This document shows, piece after piece, positions 38,361 through 51,800 of a DNA stretch of 64,000 bases. The translations under genes and the position numbers were made by a program. Within the stretch, counting starts at the first letter, position 1. Each line of letters starts with the position of its first letter. Below the pieces are notes generated by a model that did not search any database, was not told where the DNA came from, and worked only from the letters and a program-made list of their open reading frames with translations. The stretch is from Balanoglossus misakiensis (lineage: Eukaryota; Animalia; Hemichordata), in contig CM082578.2 of NCBI GenBank assembly GCA_040954595.2, forward strand, positions 14,552,898-14,616,897, read 5' to 3'.

Positions 38361-39846
38361 TATGCAAAGACAGTAGCAACCAAAGCTTTTTACAGGTTGG
38401 ATAAGTTATACTAGTTTACTGTGGAACTATTAGACGATTTATTTGAATGAATGTCTATATGTGGTCTGAGCCTGGTACAGGGTTTACTTATCAGGCTATG
38501 CATTTACAGAAATCAATAAGGGGGATACCTTTATCAGAGACACCTTGCTATTTATTATGTCAATATCGATCCATTCACATTAGAATTGCTGACCAAACCT
38601 GTCACACCACATATACGTAGAAACTCCACATAGTGATCGTTGTACAAGTAAATTTATATCAAACAAAAAAAAACATGTGGATACAAAATCAGTTTCAACT
38701 ATCATTATCTTTCAAAGTGAGTTAATTATACTAGGTCCGACAAAAGTCAAAATGTTGGCCTAAATTATAAAAGGGTTCATCTTAGACCTCTGCTGAGTAG
38801 TGTCACCAGGTGTTCGGAATGGGTTGGGCACGAAAGTAGCACTTAGTGATGTCAGCAATCCTTGCATATTTTTGCTCCGTTTCTATCAAATTCCTGACAA
38901 CAAGTTGACTAAATGCTGTGCATGGCACGTTCTGGATAAGTTTCCCTAAACCGTTTAGAAGAATATAATGTGTTCTGTTCAACGCAATTGTAATTGGAGC
39001 ACTCTGTGTATTTTCAAAATTTGCATTTTGAATGTTTACTTATTTTATTTAACTTCCTGGCATACGTTATCATTTAGAATTATGATATAATAAACATTAC
39101 CACGAGATATATAGGGCGTTCTCACTGGCACGTTATATAGTTTCTAACGCTGGTTTCATCTTGTCGCATGCTGTATTAAGGACGGCCAATAAGTCTATCA
39201 TCTTATCGGATGCTTTGCCATTTATGTTGCAACACAGCTATTGCGACACTTTTCTGGTCCACATCAAACATAACAAAGCTCAAAATAATTATAACGGTTG
39301 CGAAGATAACTATCATTCGAAAGAATCAATAGTCTGACAAATGTAAGATTGATTTGATTTTGATGTACCTAATCGCATGCTTACATGCACTCAATCATCA
39401 AGGGTCACTCGACATATTGCGGCTGCACATTCCTGGGCGTTGTCAAGGAAGTAGGGAGATTCACAACAAAAACATCCCACATATCGTCATGGAAACGAGT
39501 GTTGTCACCGACACCTGCAGACGCTGAGGATTCAAAGAAAATTGGTCATGCTGTTTCCTTATGTTCTACTTTGGTCGAAATGCAATTAAACTACGTACTT
39601 CGTGCATTTTATCAAAATTATAAAAGAACTAACAGGATCTTACTTTAAAATGTAAATGTCGATGTTGAATATAAATATTTATTATATTTATCATTTGGTT
39701 GCAGGATAACGTCACCTCATTCTGCGTGAAATAATCTTTGAATCTACAGTCCGACACCAACAGTGGTTCTCTGCCCCAATCACGTGACTGCATGACGTCT
39801 TCCTTTTTTATCCGGCACGACATGCTATTACCATTCCAGTCGGAAT

Positions 39847-42800
39847 ATGAAGTCAGTCATGACACATCTCCAAAGACGTCGCAAATCTTTCCCAGTCGCT
39901 CTGTTGTGTTTCGCCCTGCTTTGCGTTTCTACCGCCAGCCGCAATGAAGTCAATCTTGTAGACAACGTTTACACGGATGTGTGGGTGGCAATCAGCAAAA
40001 ACGTCTCTGAAGATGCAAACTTGGTTGACAAGATCAAGGTAGGACAGCGTTATTCCCACTCTTTGGGCTCGTGTAACAAAGTCAACGTTTTTCGCTTTTA
40101 GGAATAATCAAAGACGGGTGTAGTTTTTCCTTCAGAAGTTGTACACACTAATTTATTCACGTAAATTCTTTTGCGGGTATTCAATCCCAAAATCCAGAAG
40201 CCTTGTTAGCGATGATGGAGTTTATTCATCCTCGAGTTCCATGGATAAAATCTCGCGGGGCTTTAAATTTACAAAATTGGACTATTTTTGTTTGCTACGC
40301 TCTGATCAATGTTTTTTTGCACAGGACTTGTTTACAAACGCGTCCCAATCACTCTACGAAGCCACTGAACACAGAGCCGTATTTGGCACGATCACAATTG
40401 TTTTACCTGTAACCTGGGGTGACAGTATCGCGTCAGAGAGGGCCACAACTCAAACGTTTGAATCTGCTAATGTCATAATCGATGTCGCAAATCCGTCGGA
40501 GGGCGATAACCCTTACACCAAACAACCTTATGAATGTGGAGACAAGGGCGAATATATACACTTAACACCAACTTGGATCACAGACAGAGATTATTCGGTG
40601 AAGATGTGGGGTGATTCAGGTAGGGACGGTCTTCATTCATTTGTACTTTGAAGACAAAGGAAAGAGAACTGTCGATGTTGAATCGGAAGAATAGAAACAA
40701 AAGCAAGCAAGGTTCCAATTTATTGCTAATAATACCTAGCATTATAATCATGAATGATGGCCAGCAAAGAAAATCCGAGACACTGCTCTCAAATTCAAGT
40801 CAAGAAATTGAAAACATTAAAGAATCACATAAGTCTCATTTAAGAAGTTTTGTAGTGTATATGAAATACGCGTGATAAAACGTATTGGCAGAATTAGTCA
40901 TTGTTTGGCCTCTTTATGATCAGCAAACCGTTGATTTTTTCTACAGGTAAGGTATTGGTACACGAATGGGCCCATCTACAATGGGGTTTGTTTAATGAAT
41001 ACCCAAGCAAAGGCGAACCTCATTTTTATGAATCGAAAAAAGGTGAGATACTTCAGGTAAAATGCTCGGAACATATAACTGGTCAAGAACTTGATGACGG
41101 TGGTCAACCTTGCGAACCTGACATTTCATCCGATGCTTGTAAATTCTACCCGGACGATTCTAACACAGCTACCGGTTCATACATGTGCGCACAATATTTA
41201 GAATCTGTAAGTATACACTTAAAAATGATACAAAATCGCACTGCAATCTGACTATCTCGTTTATAACGTAAACCAAGGTTTGTGATAGGAGACTTTATAA
41301 ATTTGTCTATCGTGGCAAGTTATATTTGTTTGTTACTTTATACCATTGTATAAGTGGTATTCAAGACCGTGAGAATCAAATGTCTTTAATGTATTTGTCA
41401 AGAATTCTCGGTATTAACTATAATGTAAATACAACACAGTGATTGTACAAACACTTGGCAGTGGCCATTAGAACATGCTGGCAATTTTTAAGCTAGAAAA
41501 TGAATTGTGAGACATTTCATTTTCTATCCCTGTTCTCTCAAAAGGTGGTCAGTTTTTGTCACGGCGATAGAACAGATTCTGAAAGAGAGTCGTCGTTACA
41601 TGACGCTGTGGTAGAAAACGAACATAATTTGATGTGTAAAAGTGACAGTGCCTGGACAGTCATGGATAAAACTCCTGATTTCAAGAATGTTAACGATCCC
41701 AGAGAAAACTTGCCAACGACTCCCACCTTTAATGTTGTGAAGGAAGAACAATATCGAAGCGTGATAGTCATGGACCAATCCGGAAGCATGGACAGCGTAA
41801 ATATCAAATTGATTTGGTTTTCTTTTCACTAGTACCGATGACCTATTGAGCATTAGATCACCAAATCTCTGTGGAATTGGGACATTTCGGTGTGCGTTAG
41901 ATTCCAATGTTGACACAGGCAACCTACATTTTCCAAAACCATGCTTATGTACACTTCGTCGACCTGAAAACATCCTCTGATTTTCTGATGTGAACTAATA
42001 TGTAGTTTAATGAGTTAGATTTTTCCGTTGCAGTATTATCGTTCAGACCAACAACTTCAGGCTGCGACTAAGTACATCAACTACACTCTTCCCGACTACA
42101 GCTGGGTTGGTATTGTAAAGTTTGAAACGGATGCAACCATTCTTGCTGAGTTGACCCAACTGGTCGATCAGGAAGCTCGGCAAGATTTGATTGACAAGTT
42201 ACCCAACACCCCATATGGATCGACTTGCATAGGATGTGGTTTACTTTCTGGTATTGAAGTAAGAACAGACATTTTTACATACAAGTATTTCTCGTTTATG
42301 CGCCTTTTAACTTCTCTCGAAGTTAAAAGGCGCACATGCAACCAGTCAGCTGGAGTTCATCAAGTAATCATGTTATTTGCAGGTCCTTGAAAGTAGCACT
42401 GCATTCGATAGCGCTGCAGGGGGCATTATTTTCCTCACAACAGACGGGGGTGAGAACGTTGCTCCTTACATCAGAGACGTGGAAGAAGAACTGATTAACA
42501 AGAGCATTATTGTTGACACGTTGGCATTGAGTGATGCAGCCGACGAACAACTTCAGGAATTGTCTGAGAACACGGGTGGCAAAGCATGCTGGTACTCCGG
42601 AAGTGACGAATCCACACAGCTACACGACTGTTTCACAGTGTCGGTCACAGAAAGAACAAGTTCAAACCCGGATACGCCTATTCAGGTATACGTATAGACC
42701 TACATGTTGTGAGTGCCGACATGTTTTGTTTAGTGTGTGTTATTGCTGTTGATGTGTAGCGTTTCTGAAGTTTGTCGTTGATTGGTTAACAATATGATTG

Positions 42801-45053
42801 ACGTAAGCCCCGCCTAACAATGCAGATATTCTTTAGGGTTGGGGTTTATAGTGTTTTTAGTGTCAGTAGTTACATAGTGAATTTTGCATCGCAAGCATAT
42901 GTGTAACACCAATTTTCTTATCCTGTCAACAGCTTGTAAGTTATAAGACAACCATCGGCGCAGGCGGAAATGAGACAGGGACAGTTACAATAGACTCCAG
43001 CATTGGTCGAGATACCCACTTTTTCTTCTTCTGGGATTTCGGTAGCAGCAGCGAAGTTGACGTCTTCATCACGCAACCTGACGGGACAATGATAACAGAA
43101 GGAGATTCTCAATATTACAGCGATTATGCTCTTCGCACTATTGTCATTGTAATTGATGGTACTGCTGAGGTAGATATGTTAACTTTAATACACAGCTCAT
43201 ATAAACCCACTCATTTACTTTGAGTTTTGCCCAGTCAAGTATGACGAATAATGCCATGATGATAACGAAACCGTATTGCTTGGTCACCGAATCTGGAAAT
43301 CCATTTTGTTTTAGGCTGGAATTTGGCAATACGTCGTGGCGAACCCGAGCTATAGTCAATCGGTTGAAATATCTGTCGATTCTAAAGCGTCATCTGCCAA
43401 TCCCATCACAGTAACGGCAAAACCGAGTTCGTCGTCCGTCACAGAGTCCCCGCCATGGATCGCAATCTTTGCAGAAGTTGCCCAAGGATACAGTCCTGTG
43501 TTGAACGCTCATGTCATCGCTACTGTTGAAAGACCAAGCCCTCATGAGAATGTCGATGTACAGTTGTTTGACACCGGAACAGGTGACCCAGGCGAATTCC
43601 TTTTTATTACCTAGGCCTACTCATTATTTTGGTATTGCTCACTGAAAGTTAGTTTGACATTCCATGAAAAAAAATTCAATGAAACTGGCTCTCAAAAGTG
43701 ATTATTGTATGGACAGGCCCTACCTGGGTACATGTGTGCGTGAGAGAGAGACAGAGAGAAGAGACGGACATAGAGTGTGTACACGTTCATAAAAGGATTA
43801 ACCTGTTATTTCATTATTGTATGATTTTCCAGGCGCTGATGCAACGAAAGACGACGGAGTATACGCGGGATACTTTCTGGACTTTGTCGATGCCGGCTGT
43901 TCGCCATGTCGTTACAGTATACAAGTTACCGCCAACGATGGAGACGGCGCTGCAGTGATAAATACTGTTGGAAACTCTCGGGCTATGCCGAGGAATTATT
44001 GTAAGTATGAAACTGCGTGTATTACCCTATAGCGGCTGTATAATGATGTACCAGTAAGCCAACATGTATTTTTCTCACACTGTTGTACCATAGACAGTAG
44101 AGTCTGTGGTTATACGGATTTATTAAACTTGCTTGTACGCCAGCTGACAATAGATCGAAAGACAACCAATCGTGGTTATCGACCTTTACCACTACTCAGT
44201 TTGTCGACACCATCGATACTCTCATGGTTCAACAACAAATATTGACTCGTACTTGTACGTCCCTATACTATAGGAATTAAGCTTGACATTGAGTTCGACC
44301 AAAGACAGGGTTGGACCGATCGATAGGCAGAGAGGGCGTGCGCAATATTCATTAGACCATATACCAGGAAGTCACCAATGATTTGCACTTGCTTTCGGAT
44401 GCAATATCGTCTAAGATTTTCTTTGTATTTTTGCATGGGCATTCACCCAGCCGTGATTCCAGAACCAGAAGAAAGCAGCTCCACGGATAGTTTTGACCGA
44501 GTAGCCTCAGCTGGTTCTGTTCAGGTCGATGATAGCGTCGAGTATGTTGACTGGACTGACCCCAATGATGACCCCTTTCCACCATCACGCATCAGTGACC
44601 TACTGGTAGTGGAGACGTCCTTTGTGGATTACACCGTCATTCTCCAATGGACGGCGATGGGAGATGACTTAGACGTCGGCACAGGTAAAGTTGTCTTATG
44701 AATAACGCAGCTATTATTCTGATATACCGCGCTCAAGAACAGGCATCGGGAAATATGGAATTACATGTTCTTTCTGTTCATGTTTGAAATAAATGTGGAA
44801 ACTGTCATTGGGGAGTTAACATATTATATTGTAAATATATATACAAAAAACAACAAGAGAAGAACCGCGAAAAAGTCAATGCAAGATTAGTTCATACAAC
44901 AAGTTTCCCAAAATATATAAGACCTGGTGTACTGAACATTTAATCTTGAAGAATATACACTAACATTTTCCGTTTTATTTACTTTCCTTCTTTCCGTCTT
45001 TCCACATGGCTGTCTTGTCTATCACTGTGTCTTTGTCTCGTCTGTCGATGCTT

Positions 45054-45107
<54 letters not shown>

Positions 45108-45620
45108 CAACCAACAGCATCAAGTTATGACCTTCGTTATGACACAGATTTCGACCGAATCCTGAATGGTTTCGACAACTGCACACAATTAACCGACGAA
45201 AGCTTGACGGAAGGTACTCTAACCGATCCCCTGGAAAGCGGTCAACAGGAAAGTGTAACCGTACAGTTGCCTTCTCTCTCCCAGATGATTGTCCACTATT
45301 TCTCCATTCGAGCGGTAGACAAAGCAAACAATACCGGAGAGCCTTCCAACATTGCCCGGTCGACCGTAACCCAGGCTATTACACCACTCAACACTACAAC
45401 GCAAGCTACGACGCTCCAGCCTGTAGCGTACCCCGGTCTACAGTGGTGGGAAATAACGCTCATCGTCATCATGGTCCTTGTATCAGCAACTTTATTGGGA
45501 GCCGTCGTGGCGCTTCTCGTCTACTATAACAAAGCTAAAAAACCGAACAAAGTGAACACTGTTGATGCTGCTACGTCGGTTGACAAAAATGATATGGTAT
45601 TGACCGAAGTTGACTGTTGA
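39847..45620 (+). CDS. CLCA: CLCA family protein, copy 3 (more divergent paralogue); 11 exons (approx. 39847-40038, 40325-40619, 40947-41206, 41545-41796, 42034-42258, 42383-42685, 42933-43169, 43315-43582, 43833-44000, 44451-44684, 45118-45620)
   Basis: Signal peptide; DNPYTKQPYECGDKGEYIHLTP; HEWAHLQWGLFNEY; VMDQSGSM; STCIGCGL; LTTDGGEN; GADATKDDGVYAGYF; NSRAMP; FPPSRISDL; HYFSIRAVD; TM helix. Intron positions match copies 1 and 2. The start could be the ATG at 39847 or 39859. Confidence 0.95.
45057..45103. repeat. (CT)n microsatellite acting as the polypyrimidine tract before the last exon of CLCA copy 3
   Basis: Pure CT run ending ~14 nt before the acceptor aacag at 45117. Confidence 0.95.
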
Positions 45621-45783
45621 TTGAGAAGTATCAATTCTGCACTAATATTGAAGGCAATTTACAATTTTTCATAAACCTCAACAGAGATGTGTTCTATCAC
45701 AATTGTAAATTCGTAAAATGTGTGTACTAATAGACAACAACGGTGAAATTACGTACCAATGTAAATGACTTTTCAGTCCAAAT

Positions 45784-45789
45784 AATAAA
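45784..45789 (+). terminator. Polyadenylation signal of CLCA copy 3
   Basis: AATAAA ~165 nt after the stop codon. Confidence 0.5.
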
Positions 45790-45843
45790 AAAATCATTAA
45801 GTATCGCATACATTGTATGTACATATATTAATTCAAGTACGGT

Positions 45844-48800
45844 AGCTATAACCCATGATTTTTGAGATTTCGCAAAATTTCGTCGATTTTTGAAAAAAAT
45901 CATGGGTTATAGCTCATGAAAATCTTCAGAAAATGACAATTTTTCGACTTTGCTAAATTTCAAAATTTCGTCGATTTTTGAAAAAAATCATGGGTTATAG
46001 CTCATGAAAATCTTCAAAAAATGACAATTTTTCGACTTTTCTAAATTTCAAAATTTCGTCGATTTTTGAAAAAATCATGGGTTATAGCTCATGAAAATCA
46101 TCAGAAAATGACAATTTTTCGACTTTGCGAAATTTCAAAATTTCGTCGATTTTTGAAAAAATCATGGGTTATAGCTCATGAAAATCATCAAAAAATGACA
46201 ATTTTTCGACTTTGCGAAATCTCAAAATTTCGTCGATTTTTGAAAAAATCATGGGTTATAGCTCATGAAAATCGTCAGAAATCGCCGATTTTTCGACTTT
46301 TCCAAACTTCGAAATTTGGCCGATTTTTGAAGAAATCATGGGTTATAGCTCATGAAAATCGTCAGAAATCGCCGATTTTTCGACTTTTCCAAACTTCGAA
46401 ATTTGGCCGATTTTTGAAGAAATCATGGGTTATAGCTCATGAAAATCGTCAGAAATCGCCGATTTTTCGACTTTTCCAAACTTCGAAATTTGGCCGATTT
46501 TTGAAGAAATCATGGGTTATAGCTCATGAAAATCGTCAGAAATCGCCGATTTTTCGACTTTTCCAAACTTCGAAATTTGGCCGATTTTTGAAGAAATCAT
46601 GGGTTATAGCTCATGAAAATCGTCAGAAATCGCCGATTTTTCGACTTTTCCAAACTTCGAAATTTGGCCGATTTTTGAAGAAATCATGGGTTATAGCTCA
46701 TGAAAATCGTCAGAAATCGCCGATTTTTCGACTTTTCCAAACTTCGAAATTTGGCCGATTTTTGAAGAAATCATGGGTTATAGCTCATGAAAATCGTCAG
46801 AAATCGCCGATTTTTCGACTTTTCCAAACTTCGAAATTTGGCCGATTTTTGAAGAAATCATGGGTTATAGCTCATGAAAATCGTCAGAAATCGCCGATTT
46901 TTCGACTTTTCCAAACTTCGAAATTTGGCCGATTTTTGAAGAAATCATGGGTTATAGCTCATGAAAATCGTCAGAAATCGCCGATTTTTCGACTTTTCCA
47001 AACTTCGAAATTTGGCCGATTTTTGAAGAAATCATGGGTTATAGCTCATGAAAATCGTCAGAAATCGCCGATTTTTCGACTTTTCCAAACTTCGAAATTT
47101 GGCCGATTTTTGAAGAAATCATGGGTTATAGCTCATGAAAATCGTCAGAAATCGCCGATTTTTCGACTTTTCCAAACTTCGAAATTTGGCCGATTTTTGA
47201 AGAAATCATGGGTTATAGCTCATGAAAATCGTCAGAAATCGCCGATTTTTCGACTTTTCCAAACTTCGAAATTTGGCCGATTTTTGAAGAAATCATGGGT
47301 TATAGCTCATGAAAATCGTCAGAAATCGCCGATTTTTCGACTTTTCCAAACTTCGAAATTTGGCCGATTTTTGAAGAAATCATGGGTTATAGCTCATGAA
47401 AATCGTCAGAAATCGCCGAATTTTCGACTTTTCCAAACTTCGAAATTTGGCCGATTTTTGAAGAAATCATGGGTTATAGCTCATGAAAATCGTCAGAAAT
47501 CGCCGATTTTTCGACTTTTCCAAACTTCGAAATTTGGCCGATTTTTGAAGAAATCATGGGTTATAGCTCATGAAAATCGTCAGAAATCGCCGATTTTTCG
47601 ACTTTTCCAAACTTCGAAATTTGGCCGATTTTTGAAGAAATCATGGGTTATAGCTCATGAAAATCGTCAGAAATCGCCGATTTTTCGACTTTTCCAAACT
47701 TCGAAATTTGGCCGATTTTTGAAGAAATCATGGGTTATAGCTCATGAAAATCGTCAGAAATCGCCGATTTTTCGACTTTTCCAAACTTCGAAATTTGGCC
47801 GATTTTTGAAGAAATCATGGGTTATAGCTCATGAAAATCGTCAGAAATCGCCGATTTTTCGACTTTTCCAAACTTCGAAATTTGGCCGATTTTTGAAGAA
47901 ATCATGGGTTATAGCTCATGAAAATCGTCAGAAATCGCCGATTTTTCGACTTTTCCAAACTTCGAAATTTGGCCGATTTTTGAAGAAATCATGGGTTATA
48001 GCTCATGAAAATCGTCAGAAATCGCCGATTTTTCGACTTTTCCAAACTTCGAAATTTGGCCGATTTTTGAAGAAATCATGGGTTATAGCTCATGAAAATC
48101 GTCAGAAATCGCCGATTTTTCGACTTTTCCAAACTTCGAAATTTGGCCGATTTTTGAAGAAATCATGGGTTATAGCTCATGAAAATCGTCAGAAATCGCC
48201 GATTTTTCGACTTTTCCAAACTTCGAAATTTGGCCGATTTTTGAAGAAATCATGGGTTATAGCTCATGAAAATCGTCAGAAATCGCCGATTTTTCGACTT
48301 TTCCAAACTTCGAAATTTGGCCGATTTTTGAAGAAATCATGGGTTATAGCTCATGAAAATCGTCAGAAATCGCCGATTTTTCGACTTTTCCAAACTTCGA
48401 AATTTGGCCGATTTTTGAAGAAATCATGGGTTATAGCTCATGAAAATCGTCAGAAATCGCCGATTTTTCGACTTTTCCAAACTTCGAAATTTGGCCGATT
48501 TTTGAAGAAATCATGGGTTATAGCTCATGAAAATCGTCAGAAATCGCCGATTTTTCGACTTTTCCAAACTTCGAAATTTGGCCGATTTTTGAAGAAATCA
48601 TGGGTTATAGCTCATGAAAATCGTCAGAAATCGCCGATTTTTCGACTTTTCCAAACTTCGAAATTTGGCCGATTTTTGAAGAAATCATGGGTTATAGCTC
48701 ATGAAAATCGTCAGAAATCGCCGATTTTTCGACTTTTCCAAACTTCGAAATTTGGCCGATTTTTGAAGAAATCATGGGTTATAGCTCATGAAAATCGTCA

Positions 48801-51800
48801 GAAATCGCCGATTTTTCGACTTTTCCAAACTTCGAAATTTGGCCGATTTTTGAAGAAATCATGGGTTATAGCTCATGAAAATCGTCAGAAATCGCCGATT
48901 TTTCGACTTTTCCAAACTTCGAAATTTGGCCGATTTTTGAAGAAATCATGGGTTATAGCTCATGAAAATCGTCAGAAATCGCCGATTTTTCGACTTTTCC
49001 AAACTTCGAAATTTGGCCGATTTTTGAAGAAATCATGGGTTATAGCTCATGAAAATCGTCAGAAATCGCCGATTTTTCGACTTTTCCAAACTTCGAAATT
49101 TGGCCGATTTTTGAAGAAATCATGGGTTATAGCTCCTGAAAATCGTCAGAAATCGCCGATTTTTCGACTTTTCCAAACTTCGAAATTTGGCCGATTTTTG
49201 AAGAAATCATGGGTTATAGCTCATGAAAATCGTCAGAAATCGCCGATTTTTCGACTTTTCCAAACTTCGAAATTTGGCCGATTTTTGAAGAAATCATGGG
49301 TTATAGCTCATGAAAATCGTCAGAAATCGCCGATTTTTCGACTTTTCCAAACTTCGAAATTTGGCCGATTTTTGAAGAAATCATGGGTTATAGCTCATGA
49401 AAATCGTCAGAAATCGCCGATTTTTCGACTTTTCCAAACTTCGAAATTTGGCCGATTTTTGAAGAAATCATGGGTTATAGCTCATGAAAATCGTCAGAAA
49501 TCGCCGATTTTTCGACTTTTCCAAACTTCGAAATTTGGCCGATTTTTGAAGAAATCATGGGTTATAGCTCATGAAAATCGTCAGAAATCGCCGATTTTTC
49601 GACTTTTCCAAACTTCGAAATTTGGCCGATTTTTGAAGAAATCATGGGTTATAGCTCATGAAAATCATCAGAAAATGACAATTTTTCGACTTTGCGAAAT
49701 GTCAAAATTTCGTCGATTTTTGAAAAAATCATGGGTTATAGCTCATGAAAATCATCAAAAAATGACAATTTTTCGACTTTGCGAAATTTCAAAATGAGCT
49801 ATAACCCATGATTTTTTTAAAAATCGACGAAATTTTGAAATTTCGCAAAGACGAAAAATTTTCATTTTCTGATGATTTTCATGAGCTATAACCCATGATT
49901 TTTTCAAAAATCGACGAAATTTTGACATTTCGCAAAGTCGAAAAATTGTCATTTTCTGATGATTTTCATGAGCTATAACCCATGATTTCTTCAAAAATCG
50001 GCCAAATTTCGAAGTTTGGAAAAGTCGAAAAATCGGCGATTTCTGACGATTTTCATGAGCTATAACCCATGATTTCTTCAAAAATCGGCCAAATTTCGAA
50101 GTTTGGAAAAGTCGAAAAATCGGCGATTTCTGACGATTTTCATGAGCTATAACCCATGATTTCTTCAAAAATCGGCCAAATTTCGAAGTTTGGAAAAGTC
50201 GAAAAATCGGCGATTTCTGACGATTTTCATGAGCTATAACCCATGATTTCTTCAAAAATTGGCCAAATTTCGAAGTTTGGAAAAGTCGAAAAATCGGCGA
50301 TTTCTGACGATTTTCATGAGCTATAACCCATGATTTCTTCAAAAATCGGCCAAATTTCGAAGTTTGGAAAAGTCGAAAAATCGGCGATTTCTGACGATTT
50401 TCATGAGCTATAACCCATGATTTCTTCAAAAATCGGCCAAATTTCGAAGTTTGGAAAAGTCGAAAAATCGGCGATTTCTGACGATTTTCATGAGCTATAA
50501 CCCATGATTTCTTCAAAAATCGGCCAAATTTCGAAGTTTGGAAAAGTCGAAAAATCGGCGATTTCTGACGATTTTCATGAGCTATAACCCATGATTTCTT
50601 CAAAAATCGGCCAAATTTCGAAGTTTGGAAAAGTCGAAAAATCGGCGATTTCTGACGATTTTCATGAGCTATAACCCATGATTTCTTCAAAAATCGGCCA
50701 AATTTCGAAGTTTGGAAAAGTCGAAAAATCGGCGATTTCTGACGATTTTCATGAGCTATAACCCATGATTTCTTCAAAAATTGGCCAAATTTCGAAGTTT
50801 GGAAAAGTTGAAAAATCGGCGATTTCTGACGATTTTCATGAGCTATAACCCATGATTTCTTCAAAAATCGGCCAAATTTCGAAGTTTGGAAAAGTCGAAA
50901 AATCGGCGATTTCTGACGATTTTCATGAGCTATAACCCATGATTTCTTCAAAAATCGGCCCAAATTTCGAAGTTTGGAAAAGTCGAAAAATCGGCGATTT
51001 CTGACGATTTTCATGAGCTATAACCCATGATTTCTTCAAAAATCGGCCAAATTTCGAAGTTTGGAAAAGTCGAAAAATCGGCGATTTCTGACGATTTTCA
51101 TGAGCTATAACCCATGATTTCTTCAAAAATCGGCCAAATTTCGAAGTTTGGAAAAGTCGAAAAATCGGCGATTTCTGACGATTTTCATGAGCTATAACCC
51201 ATGATTTCTTCAAAAATCGGCCAAATTTCGAAGTTTGGAAAAGTCGAAAAATCGGCGATTTCTGACGATTTTCATGAGCTATAACCCATGATTTCTTCAA
51301 AAATCGGCCAAATTTCGAAGTTTGGAAAAGTCGAAAATTCGGCGATTTCTGACGATTTTCATGAGCTATAACCCATGATTTCTTCAAAAATCGGCCAAAT
51401 TTCGAAGTTTGGAAAAGTCGAAAAATCGGCGATTTCTGACGATTTTCATGAGCTATAACCCATGATTTCTTCAAAAATCGGCCAAATTTCGAAGTTTGGA
51501 AAAGTCGAAAAATCGGCGATTTCTGACGATTTTCATGAGCTATAACCCATGATTTCTTCAAAAATCGGCCAAATTTCGAAGTTTGGAAAAGTCGAAAAAT
51601 CGGCGATTTCTGACGATTTTCATGAGCTATAACCCATGATTTCTTCAAAAATCGGCCAAATTTCGAAGTTTGGAAAAGTCGAAAAATCGGCGATTTCTGA
51701 CGATTTTCATGAGCTATAACCCATGATTTCTTCAAAAATCGGCCAAATTTCGAAGTTTGGAAAAGTCGAAAAATCGGCGATTTCTGACGATTTTCATGAG

